64,000 nt of DNA, from assembly GCA_030141605.1 (NCBI GenBank), contig JAQGDQ010000052.1, positions 434,001-498,000 of the forward strand, in the 5' to 3' direction. This DNA is from Tubiluchus corallicola. Taxonomy: Eukaryota > Animalia > Priapulida. The number at the start of each line of letters is the position of its first letter. Positions within the stretch are counted from its first letter, which is position 1. The translations under genes were made by a program, and so were the position numbers. This document shows, one piece after another, positions 28,401 to 37,902 of this stretch. The notes below the pieces were generated by a model, which saw only the letters and a program-made list of their open reading frames with translations, had not been told where the DNA came from and did no database searches.

Positions 28401-30519
28401 ATTTACTTTCGTGCAATTAATGTGAAAATACTGTTCCATGTTCTAACGTCTTCATAATAAGCTCACGTTGAACAGCAACGAGTGCTATTTGCATATTTCA
28501 CCCTAAAGCAAGAATAATTATCAGAAATTCTACCTACTTTGCTTACGACGGCAAAAATCAATGCGGACAACCATCACCTTTATTCACTGGAAAGGTTGCT
28601 ATAGAACCATAACACATTGTGTATTCGTTGTCATTAGTCCACAAGCAATGGATAACTACATAATTCTTCTAAGTGGGCGAATTAGCAACATTTTGTGTTC
28701 GATGGGTATTATTTTGTTTTTGCTGTCTTCTTCTTTTCTCCTTCTCAGGGACCAAATATGTCACCGGCAATAGGTAAAGCTAGGTACCATGGCGATATCA
28801 GACATTTTCTCAAAGTAGTTTACAGTCATACCCTTATCTTTTGGTAATGTTATAAGTTATAATATAAAATATATGTGCATAATCATATAATATGTAACGC
28901 AACGAGTTCCGAAACAAACTGGTTATTAAATTTTATTTATTTTATGTTCACGATATTTATGACGTACAAAGTACGATATGTGCATTTTCTATTCATTTTT
29001 ACTTTTATGCACAATAAAAACGCTTAATGATTTGTCAACTGCTTATTGCCGGGTTCACTAAAGCGATATCGCTCATGTAAGTCTTACAACCCGCAGTTTC
29101 ATTTTGAACCAATTTGTCGTGTTTTCATGTAAAAACCAATAGGTTTCAATTACAAAATCCTGTGGCTTCCAGCTGCGTCAACTTCAATGGCTTCCTGTCG
29201 GTTTGTTGTAAGTTCTAAGGCTTTGCGGGAAAGTTATTTATTCAATACGTTTACGCAATGGCCAATAGTAGTAAGTGGCAACTGCAGTAAGAAAAAAAAA
29301 TTAGGAAGAGAAAGAAGTTAGAAATTTGTCCTTGCATTGTTATTCAAGCCATTATAATACGAACAGCACTGCTAAGCATTAAATCATAAAGAAACGTACA
29401 TCTGTCTTAATTAGACGTTGGCTATTAAATGTTAGATTATTGCTACAGATAAATACAAATTCACCTTCGGAAAGATGTGTTAAACATTTTTAAAACTGGA
29501 CAAACAAGAAAAAATGAAGCAACCAAGCTACAACCGCCAAGCATTCGAAGTTACCATTCGAAAATACCCAAAAGCTAAAGGTATCTTTAAGGGATATGGC
29601 TACCAGGGTTGAAGTACCCCCCCCCCCCACCATGAGCTACTATTTTCGTAGAGAGTACTTAAATCTTGCGCGATGCTATCTATTTACTATAAATTTTGCC
29701 GCGCTTGGACCAATGCCGCCAGAGAAACAAATATATCTTATATTCAAGAAAGAGCACCAATGCAGTGTCGACTATCATAAAAATAGAGTTCCACAAACAA
29801 ACAGCTCGATGAAAATAAGACGGTGTTGAAGCGCACATGACGGCATCTCTACACAGATCAACTGTAAAAGTAGCAGAAAAATAATTAATAAAATAAAAAT
29901 AATTTTTATTTTTATTATTTTTGCACCTATCTTACGTTATTATTTAAAAAGAGTTTGAATGTATAAAAGCGCTATAAAAACTTTGAATTTTAAGTTCCAA
30001 TTATAATTTCGAATTTTTGTCCCGCAATTTTGTTCGCCAATGAAAAAACTGTTTATAATAACGTTAATTTGAATAAATTCTCATTCTACTTAATGACTGA
30101 AACTAGGCGAATGAAGCCTAGGAGACGCATTTCGTCCTCATCAGCCTCCGATTAAAAAAACCATTTGCACGAGGCAGTTGAACGCTTTATGCTGGTGACA
30201 ATTCTCTCTCAATGACGGGTACTTGTCACGCTGGTCTATTACTTGTACGTTTAATGCGACCAGCTTCAAATGAGAACAGACAAATGATTTAGCAGAACTG
30301 TCAACCTGCCCCACATAAAAGTCTCATTAAATGGAGTAATTTGATCATTGGGAAGCGGGGATTTAATGTTGAAGCGAAGCCCAAAGCAGAAATGCAGTAA
30401 ACGAATAAAAATTCGTTGGATGTTTAGTTAGATGTGTTGCCATTTTTAAAATTATCCAGGGCACGTGTTCACCTGCTAGTATGAGCTTGTCCAATTGCAT
30501 TAAGTTCAGAACAAACTGT

Positions 30520-30592
30520 AACGCACTATCCTCCACTAGGATTCGAACCCAGATCTGCTACATTCCAAACAGCTACGTTAACCATTCACAGA
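30520..30592 (-). mobile_element. tRNA-like SINE head
   Basis: Minus strand reads TGAATGGTTAACGTAGCTGTTTGGAATGTAGCAGATCTGGGTTCGAATCC, with a perfect B-box GGTTCGAATCC (30539-30549). No complete cloverleaf. Confidence 0.55.
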
Positions 30593-30999
30593 GACTCAGA
30601 GATTTACTGCGCGAATTAGTACCGTTAAGTAATTAAGAACAGAGTGAGAAGATTCTCACTATATATCGTAAATGAAGCCAAGCGTTGGGCCTTGAATCAC
30701 TGAAATTATAAGCCACTAATCTTATTCTCATTGCGGCAAATGTGTGTTATGCATCGTAGTAGATGCAGCTTACCTAAAATTACCTTAGATTAAAACCATT
30801 ATGGCGGGTAGGACCTGATAGGTCTGTATTGGAAAAAGTCTTAGGTTACGACACTCGTCATTGATCGCTGTGAGAATAATATGCGGCGTTCAGTCCTAAT
30901 AAATAAGGTTATGTTTACCATGAATGCTGTCACCAGAAAACAGAAGTTGACAATTTGTGAGTCAGAACAGAGTTCTGTTCTTTCACAAGGTCTACCATT

Positions 31000-31092
31000 T
31001 GTAGTGGTAACGGTAGTAGTAGCAGTGGTAATAGCAGTGGTCGTGGTAGTGGTAGCGGTAGTAGTAGTGGTAGTTAGTAGTAGCGGTTGTAG
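31000..31092. repeat. Degenerate (GTA/GTG)n trinucleotide repeat
   Basis: GTAGTGGTA... low-complexity run. It explains the poly-Val ORF at 30881-31099. Confidence 0.85.
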
Positions 31093-32924
31093 CTTCTAAT
31101 AATAAAAGAAATAGTAATTAGCCTAACTGAAACTTCCAATACATTCTTGTGGATATTATTTTTCTTTTAGTATTTTTTATAATCTTTTGGAAAGCTTTCA
31201 CTATTACAGATATAAATGAAATGAAGTGGTTCAAATATTACTTGTTTGATATAGACAGCAGAGTCCAAAATGTTTGATTTGGGCAAAGGACAATTACTTG
31301 TGGTTTATCCCAAGGACTAATTTTGGGACCTTTGTTATTTGATTATTCGCAGGTAATCCAAGGATCTATTATCCTAATTTTTTTTCTTTTGTCAAGATTC
31401 AAACCGTGACTAACGCAAAACTGCCTAAATTAAATGTATGGCTTCGCACAATTATATTATCGTTAAATATGAAAAAAGCCAACTGTGACATTTTTAATTA
31501 TAATATAGACAAAGTTTTAGATAAATAGTATGTAAATTGGTAATAAACGTAAAACTCATCACATGTATTATGATAAATTTTAGTCATTGATACTTTAATA
31601 TTAATGATTTGCATCACCTTGAATGTGTATTGCTTTTATACAAATATTATAATGGGTTTCTTTCCTATATTTATCGACGATTCAAATACTGTCAACAAGT
31701 CCATGTATAACTGCTTTCCTCGCATACTAACTGCGGCTACCAACATCGTCCGTATACCACTGTCCAACAATAGGCTCAAGCTCCTCTTTGTTAAAAGAAA
31801 TAACTGATAATCATATATTCGATTTCTTACACGCTGCTAAATAGCGTTTTTAAATATTGCTGTCTGTTTATTGTGCAGTGTACCGAAATCGCATTTGTGA
31901 AATATTCCATGAATTGCTTTGAATGTGAAATTGAAATGCTTTTGTAAAAATTTTATATTCTTCTGACTGCACTCGGTTCTGAGCAGTTTTGCATGGGGAG
32001 TCTCGAACGATCGCGCTCCTACTCTTATTCAGACTGATTTGTATGTACCAGTCACAATAGTAAAATCGTCTCATGTTTATTATGCGTTAATTTTTTGCCT
32101 GCTACAAGAAAACAAAGGGCAGCTTGTAAAATTACTTCGATACAATAAGAAAAACACATTTTAAAACTGAATATTAAAGTGCATAAATAAATATTCTTGC
32201 TTTTTGGTAAACGGATATCATTCTCTTTAATCGGTAATAGCCAATCGGTCTGACTCACAAATACATCACTTGTGAGTTTTAATCAAACATTGATTTAAAA
32301 ACTCAACACTAACGTTTACTATTTATTCGAATAGGTTTATAAAATTTCAGCAATCATTTGCCTGTGAAACTTTTCAGAAGGAAAGGGCTGTAAACAGACG
32401 AGAGTAAAAAATTACCTCGCACTTTTTAGCGAATTAGAGTAAAATTTGTGTTTCCATCAGTGGTAAAGTGTCACACACACAACAAAGTAGACAGTTTTTA
32501 CAAAAGCACAGTCTGACGCTTCCTCCATAAATTCTCCATTAGCGCTAGCCAATCAGAACTTTTTGGTTGCTATTAGGCTTATACATCAAAGCAGCATTTA
32601 AGCAGCTTTGTCACTTTGAACTGTAACTTGCGTAAAAGACGTTTTTGCTTAAACAAAGCTACACAGATTATAACATGGAAGAGACTGCGTGTCATCTTTT
32701 GCTTTTTCGTGTCCACTTGATCAAGCCCACGCGCCATTTTGTGATTCCTAACAACTGAGTTAGTCTGAGTAACCGGCATTAACGTATCGTTTGTCTTATT
32801 ATATATAATTAGTGATAAACAGAAAATGAAAGCGTAAAATAAAAAATCGCCGAGATAAACTGATTGATAGCCGCTAAATGTGTATGCTCGCCATCCAAGG
32901 TTGTTCAATTTATGACATTCTCTG

Positions 32925-33218
32925 TGTCGTGTTGACAAAAGGTATAACAGTATAATATACTTTAAACGTTTATTGATACACAAGTTTCCACAGAAATGTA
33001 GGTAAAATGATGTCTGCATATAATGCTTTGTGAAAGCCAACTGGTCGTACAGAATATAGCAAAACTAGAGCCACCGTTCACTATTAGGTTAAACCCATTT
33101 TTAGAATAGGTAACAGATAGATAGAAGCCATATCTACTACAGTCATAGCGGTTTACAGGTTAGTCGTCTAATTGCAAATTAAATGTATTTTTATGACTTT
33201 CGGTCGTTCACAACCACA
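32925..33218 (-). repeat. 3' LTR (294 bp)
   Basis: Direct repeat of 36828-37122 with 12 substitutions and 1 indel by manual alignment (~96% identity). Carries AATAAA on the minus strand at 32969-32974. Confidence 0.95.
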
Positions 33219-34612
33219 TCCTCCCGCCAGCATGCCAACAGTTGTGTAGTGTCTTTAGTTTCACCTGCCTCGAAACTCGTTTCTAAGGGAACCAAATCCT
33301 TCACCCCTCTTCTTGTTACGTAGCCAGTCGGGAGCTTGATGCTGACAAAGCGGATCTCGCCATCTTGTGAAGGTAGGAAGTCTACAATCTTTCCAATCTT
33401 CCATGTTGCACGTGGAGTAGCGTCTTGAATCAGGCAAACTTCTCCAACTGTAGGTTTTCTTGCGATTTCTCCACGTTTCCGTCGAAAGTGCACTTGGTGG
33501 GTTTCTCTCAATGAGTGCAGATAGTGCTTATGCCATACACTCCAAAACTGATCTAGCTTTCGGTTGACCTTCTGCCATTGGACCTTCAGTGCATCTGTAG
33601 GTCTTGCTTCTGGCATATAGTCTGGGTCCAAAACATCTTCGTTCGGTGTAGAAATGCTTAGTTTTCCCATAGGCGCGATGAAATTAGCTGGTGTCAACAT
33701 TGTAAGTTCTTCAGGATTCGATGAAATGTTAAGCAGTGGTCTAGTGTTCATCAGACTTTCGATCTGCGTTATGAGAGTTTGCAGTCCATCGTTGTCTAAT
33801 GTAGCTTTCCACAGAGTTTTCTTCGTGGCCTGCTTAATTACTCCCACAAGACGCTCATAGAATCCAGCGACCCACGGTGACCTCTCGGGAATATATTTCC
33901 AGCGTATTCGTTGTTTTGCAAAATATTGCATCAGCAGTGCTTCACTCTTCTTGAAATATGTAGCGTTGTCACTCAGGATAACTGCTGGACAACCTCTTCT
34001 GCTAATGAAGCGAATTATTGCTTGAACAGTGGCACTTGCTGACTGATCCTGAACAATTTCCAAGTGGACCGCCCGTGTTGTGAAGCAAGTGAATAATGCT
34101 ATCCATCTCTTCTCATGATATTCACCTGGCTTGGCACGAATGAGCATTGGTCCTATGTAATCCATCCATGTAAAGTGAAATGCGGGTGTCCTGCAGAGAC
34201 GTTCCATTGGTAGTTGAGCCATTCTTGGTGGTTTGAATGTTCCTCCTTGAATTTTTTGGCACAGGAGACACTTAGACAAAGTTTTCCGCACTGTTGTATA
34301 ACCTTGTGGAATCCAGTATTGTTTCCTAATCTCAGCTAGAGTAGCTTTAACTCCAGAATGCAAGACTCTCCTGTGAGCCTTTTCAATGATTAGCTCTGTA
34401 AAATGATGACTTCTAGGTAGCAGAATTGGAAACATTGATTGATCAGTTATTGCATTAGCAAGCCTCCCGCCACAGCATATAACACCTTTGTCAGTGTGGA
34501 GATCTAGTTGTTTTATCAGTTGATTAAATTTGCCATGGTGTAGAAGTTTGGATTCCATTGAGAAGCAGTCCTGTTGCACTTGTTTAATCCACATCATACG
34601 TGCTTCAATCAT
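33191..34612 (-). CDS. BEL/Pao integrase (HHCC zinc finger, DDE core, DUF5641-like C-terminus)
   Basis: 473-aa ORF with AHRRVLHSG..CLLCQK, MDYIGP, FTCFTTRAVHLE, ILSDNAT, PWVAGFYERLV and FWSVWHKHYL. The stop lies inside the 3' LTR. Confidence 0.93.
   Translation of the reverse strand: MIEARMMWIKQVQQDCFSMESKLLHHGKFNQLIKQLDLHTDKGVICCGGRLANAITDQSMFPILLPRSHHFTELIIEKAHRRVLHSGVKATLAEIRKQYWIPQGYTTVRKTLSKCLLCQKIQGGTFKPPRMAQLPMERLCRTPAFHFTWMDYIGPMLIRAKPGEYHEKRWIALFTCFTTRAVHLEIVQDQSASATVQAIIRFISRRGCPAVILSDNATYFKKSEALLMQYFAKQRIRWKYIPERSPWVAGFYERLVGVIKQATKKTLWKATLDNDGLQTLITQIESLMNTRPLLNISSNPEELTMLTPANFIAPMGKLSISTPNEDVLDPDYMPEARPTDALKVQWQKVNRKLDQFWSVWHKHYLHSLRETHQVHFRRKRGEIARKPTVGEVCLIQDATPRATWKIGKIVDFLPSQDGEIRFVSIKLPTGYVTRRGVKDLVPLETSFEAGETKDTTQLLACWREDVVVNDRKS
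33219..33228 (-). promoter_or_regulatory. Polypurine tract
   Basis: Minus strand GGCGGGAGGA lies immediately upstream of the 3' LTR TG. Confidence 0.85.
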
Positions 34613-34636
34613 CTCATCTGCAGTGATATTAGTTGA

Positions 34637-35375
34637 TTATGGTATCTTCTTTTTGCGACACCTGTCAATAAATCTCTGGCAGTAGCTGGTTACTCTTAGA
34701 AGCTTGTCATAGTCGCTGTAGTTATTAACATCTATACCAAAGGGGTAAACGGCAGGTTTCTCCTCCATTACTGTAACTAAAGCTGTCTGTGTTTTTCTTG
34801 AACGACTCAAGTTTGGCAACTGTATGTTGGTGTTTCCACTCCGTTTTGGCCACTGTTCAGTCTCTAGTGATAACCATTCTGGTCCACAAATCCAGTTGCA
34901 CTCACATAATTTCTTTGCTGAGATTCCGCGTGTGCCCCAATCAGCAGGATTGGCTTTAGTGTCGATGTATCTAAACTGGATATCATCCATAGATATTATT
35001 TCACTTCGGCGTCTTTCTATATAGGGTGGTAAAACTTTGGACGAGTGAATCCAACAGAGCACAATTTGTGAATCTGTCCATAAGTGCTTATCCAGCAATG
35101 GTTGATCAATCTGCTTTTCTGCAAATCGAAGCATCCTGCATCCTGTTAGAACGGCTTCTAGTTCTAGTCGTGGTAGAGTTTGACTAACTGTCAATGTCGC
35201 TACTTGAGACTTCGCAAATGCTAATGAAGATATAACGTGGTTATCTAAACGTTGATGAATATAGATGCAGGCACAATATGCATCTTTACTGGCATCTGTG
35301 AAGCATAGTAGTTGAACAGGAACTTGTCTATCCATGATGACTCTGCGTGGAAGCGTTATTTGTAGAATGTTTTTC
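34637..35375 (-). pseudogene. BEL/Pao RNase H (Peptidase_A17/Pao domain) region of pol
   Basis: LLCFTDASKDAYCACIY, AKSQVA, TLPRLELEAV, LWTDSQIVLCWI and NPADWGTRG. Same frame as the integrase, separated only by TAA at 34637-34639. Confidence 0.9.
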
Positions 35376-35488
35376 TGAAGATAACTGAAATAAGGACTGA
35401 AACAAGAACTGAAATAAAAATCTGACATCAGAAACATAATAACAATGGCAACTGAAATTTACTTTATAACGCAAGCATAACTTGTCCT

Positions 35489-36679
35489 TCATTGGTTCGA
35501 TGTAAATTTACTTCTTGGTAGTTTTCCAAAAATGATATTAATTCTTCCATCTTTACTGCATCTCTTTTTTTTGCCTTGATACAGCCGAAATCTATTCATT
35601 TCTTCCGTCGGATATTTAGGTAGTTTTTCTACTAACTCTGTCACGTGAGTGTCGAGGGCTTGATTTGTAATGCCTTGACGTTTGAGCGATATAGTAACTG
35701 AGCGTATTTCATCGGTAAATTGTTCAAGGTTACTGAGGTTTTCTTTCACGTGCGGAACTGCTTTCAGGGAGTCCCAATGCGCTTTCTCTTGAAAACCGGG
35801 ATTGCCGTAAAAATTCTTCAAAATAGTGACTGCTTCACTGTACTTGTCGCCTTCCATTCCCAACCCTTTAATTTTGTCATACGCTGGTCCTTCTAAAACT
35901 CGATGTAGATAGTCTAATTTCTGTTTGTTGCTGAGTTGTCTGCTGTCAACGTTGATTTTGAATGATTCCCAGAAATTGTTCCATTGTAATGCGTTGCCGT
36001 TAAATTTTGCTAGTTCGATCTTCGGGAGCCTCGCGGTTGTAAAATTCGTAGTAGAATCTGATGACATATGCGGTGGCGGACTGCTGACGGGTTGCTTTTT
36101 CACCGACTCTAGGATTAACTGTAGCTCTTCTGTGCGTTCTTTGCGTTCGCGTTCTCGTTCTTCTTGAAGCGTTTGGAACATCTGTCGTTGCGATTGTAGA
36201 AACATTTGCATCATTGCAAGTGTAGCGTCTTGTTGTGACAGCGATCCGCCCTGCGCTGGTTGATTTACCTGTGACGTAATTTCATTCAGCAATACTTGAC
36301 CCGTGGATGCAGTATTTTGCTGTGTTGGCAGCGAAGTGGTTTCCGTTTGATTTTCGTCAGATATTATTTCGACCTTATCAGCGGGTTTCGCAGCTTGAAT
36401 TACATTGATGACGTCACCATTGCAACCGAATTCGGACAACTGCTTTGTAGTAAACGTTCCCGATTTCACCAGCTGAATTAGTAAATTATTGTCGCAACAT
36501 TTCTCGCATGCCCATTGAAACTCGCCCAGCTTACTTAATGCCTCATAAAGTTTCTCTGTTAGTACATGATCTTGCTTTAGGTTTAAACAGTTTATGCACC
36601 ACCAACGTTCACAGCTGTCACATGTCAACCCACTTGTAACACTTTGACGACAATTTATGCATTTGTTATCTTTAGCCAT
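35489..36679 (-). CDS. BEL/Pao Gag with N-terminal PHD-like finger and DUF1759-type capsid region
   Basis: 396-aa ORF with CINC..CDSC..WWCINC..WACEKC, a coiled coil, and RLPKIELAKFNGNALQWNNFWESF...KLDYL. Homology continues in the +1 frame (MEELISFLEN) after an A8 run at 35565-35572. Confidence 0.9.
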   Translation of the reverse strand: MAKDNKCINCRQSVTSGLTCDSCERWWCINCLNLKQDHVLTEKLYEALSKLGEFQWACEKCCDNNLLIQLVKSGTFTTKQLSEFGCNGDVINVIQAAKPADKVEIISDENQTETTSLPTQQNTASTGQVLLNEITSQVNQPAQGGSLSQQDATLAMMQMFLQSQRQMFQTLQEERERERKERTEELQLILESVKKQPVSSPPPHMSSDSTTNFTTARLPKIELAKFNGNALQWNNFWESFKINVDSRQLSNKQKLDYLHRVLEGPAYDKIKGLGMEGDKYSEAVTILKNFYGNPGFQEKAHWDSLKAVPHVKENLSNLEQFTDEIRSVTISLKRQGITNQALDTHVTELVEKLPKYPTEEMNRFRLYQGKKKRCSKDGRINIIFGKLPRSKFTSNQ

Positions 36680-36812
36680 AATTAGTCATTACGAAAATGT
36701 TCGAAAATTATTTACCGGTAGACTGACGTCCTAGCGAGTAGACGATCGCTCTTTCTTGGTAAACGTAGACTGCATACAAGTATCGTCGCCCACTGATTAG
36801 CAGAAATCTACT

Positions 36813-36823
36813 CTCTGCTACCA
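36813..36823 (-). promoter_or_regulatory. Primer binding site complementary to the 3' end of initiator tRNA-Met
   Basis: Minus strand TGGTAGCAGAG, 4 nt downstream of the 5' LTR, complements the metazoan tRNA-iMet end CUCUGCUACCA. Confidence 0.85.
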
Positions 36824-36827
36824 ATTT

Positions 36828-37122
36828 TGTCGTGTTGACAAAAGGTATAACAGTAGAATATACTTTAAACGTTTGTTGATACAGAAGTTTCCACAGAAAT
36901 ATAGGTAAAATGATGTCTGCATATAATGTCTTGTAAAAGCCAACTGGTCGTACAGAATATAGCAAAACTAGAGCCACCGTTCACTATTAGGTTAAACCCA
37001 TTTTTAGAATAGGTAACAGATAGATAGAAGCCATATCTACTACAGTCATAGCGGTTTACAGGTTATTAGTCTAATTGCAAATTAAATGGATTTTTTATGA
37101 TTTTCGGTCGTTCACAACGACA
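36828..37122 (-). repeat. 5' LTR (295 bp)
   Basis: TGTCGT...ACGACA inverted termini. Direct repeat of 32925-33218, adjacent to the PBS and the TSD. Confidence 0.95.
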
Positions 37123-37834
37123 CTCTGTGTCCTAAAAATAACCTTTGACCTAGGTCAAATTGACGTCACTCAACTACACCATTAAAAGTGTCACACTAAT
37201 TTATCACAAGAATCTGAATTGCGTTTATTGACTAATATAATTTAGTTAGGAATTGAGTGGGCAACGCTACACTCAATGTACGAATTACATTAGTCCAACA
37301 AAGATATTGTACTTGCGGTCATCAGTAATTAAATAGTTAGTAAATTATAAGGTGCAATTATCAATATAATATTGTAATATTATAATATATTGTAGTTACA
37401 TATATACATGGAGAATTTTAGCTACTGCCTCAATGATTGAATTAACATTACTGTGGTTAAAAATTGATGGCAAACTATCAAAGTTGATGGATGCGTACTC
37501 TAACCAACAGCTACCGATAAACCAAGATAATACAAGAAACGCTGACTGAACAGGCAATTCTCGCTATTACACTAACATATCCCATTTTGTCTGATGGTAC
37601 AACGGGTCTGGGGAAGCAATAATTTGTTCAGAGTACCAACCTACCTAATGCCATCAACTACCTACCATTGTTTATTTAATAAACGGCTGTTATAAGGGCC
37701 AAACATAAAGTAGATCGAGCCGTACAATTTTTTATTTATTTAAGTCTCTTACATAAATGACTTAAGTCTCACATCTGTACGTCAAAAGTTAAAAGTCATT
37801 GGCTAAAATTTTTTTTCTGCTGAAGTACGTTATG

Positions 37835-37902
37835 AACATTAATTATATCAAAAGGTAGTGTAATGTAGAGGACATTCAGTACCTTTTGATATAATTAATG
37901 TT
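37835..37902. repeat. Perfect 23-bp inverted repeat (hairpin) between 11-bp direct repeats
   Basis: Arms AACATTAATTATATCAAAAGGTA (37835-37857) and TACCTTTTGATATAATTAATGTT (37880-37902). TACGTTATGAA occurs at 37826-37836 and 37908-37918. Confidence 0.9.

Larger units (their letters stand above)
32925..37122 (-). mobile_element. BEL/Pao LTR retrotransposon, internally deleted (no protease, no RT)
   Basis: Two ~295-bp LTRs with TG...CA ends, 5-bp TSD CTCTG at 32920-32924 and 37123-37127, PBS, PPT, DUF1759-type Gag, Pao-type RNase H and rve integrase. Confidence 0.96.

Noticed and set aside
30520-30592. Possible tRNA gene
   Set aside because: The B-box is present but the acceptor stem does not pair, so a SINE head fits better.
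32579-33040. 153-aa ORF and the similar 89-aa ORF at 36708-36977 as an env-like or accessory gene
   Set aside because: Both start inside the LTRs and run into flank or leader sequence. They have no env motifs.
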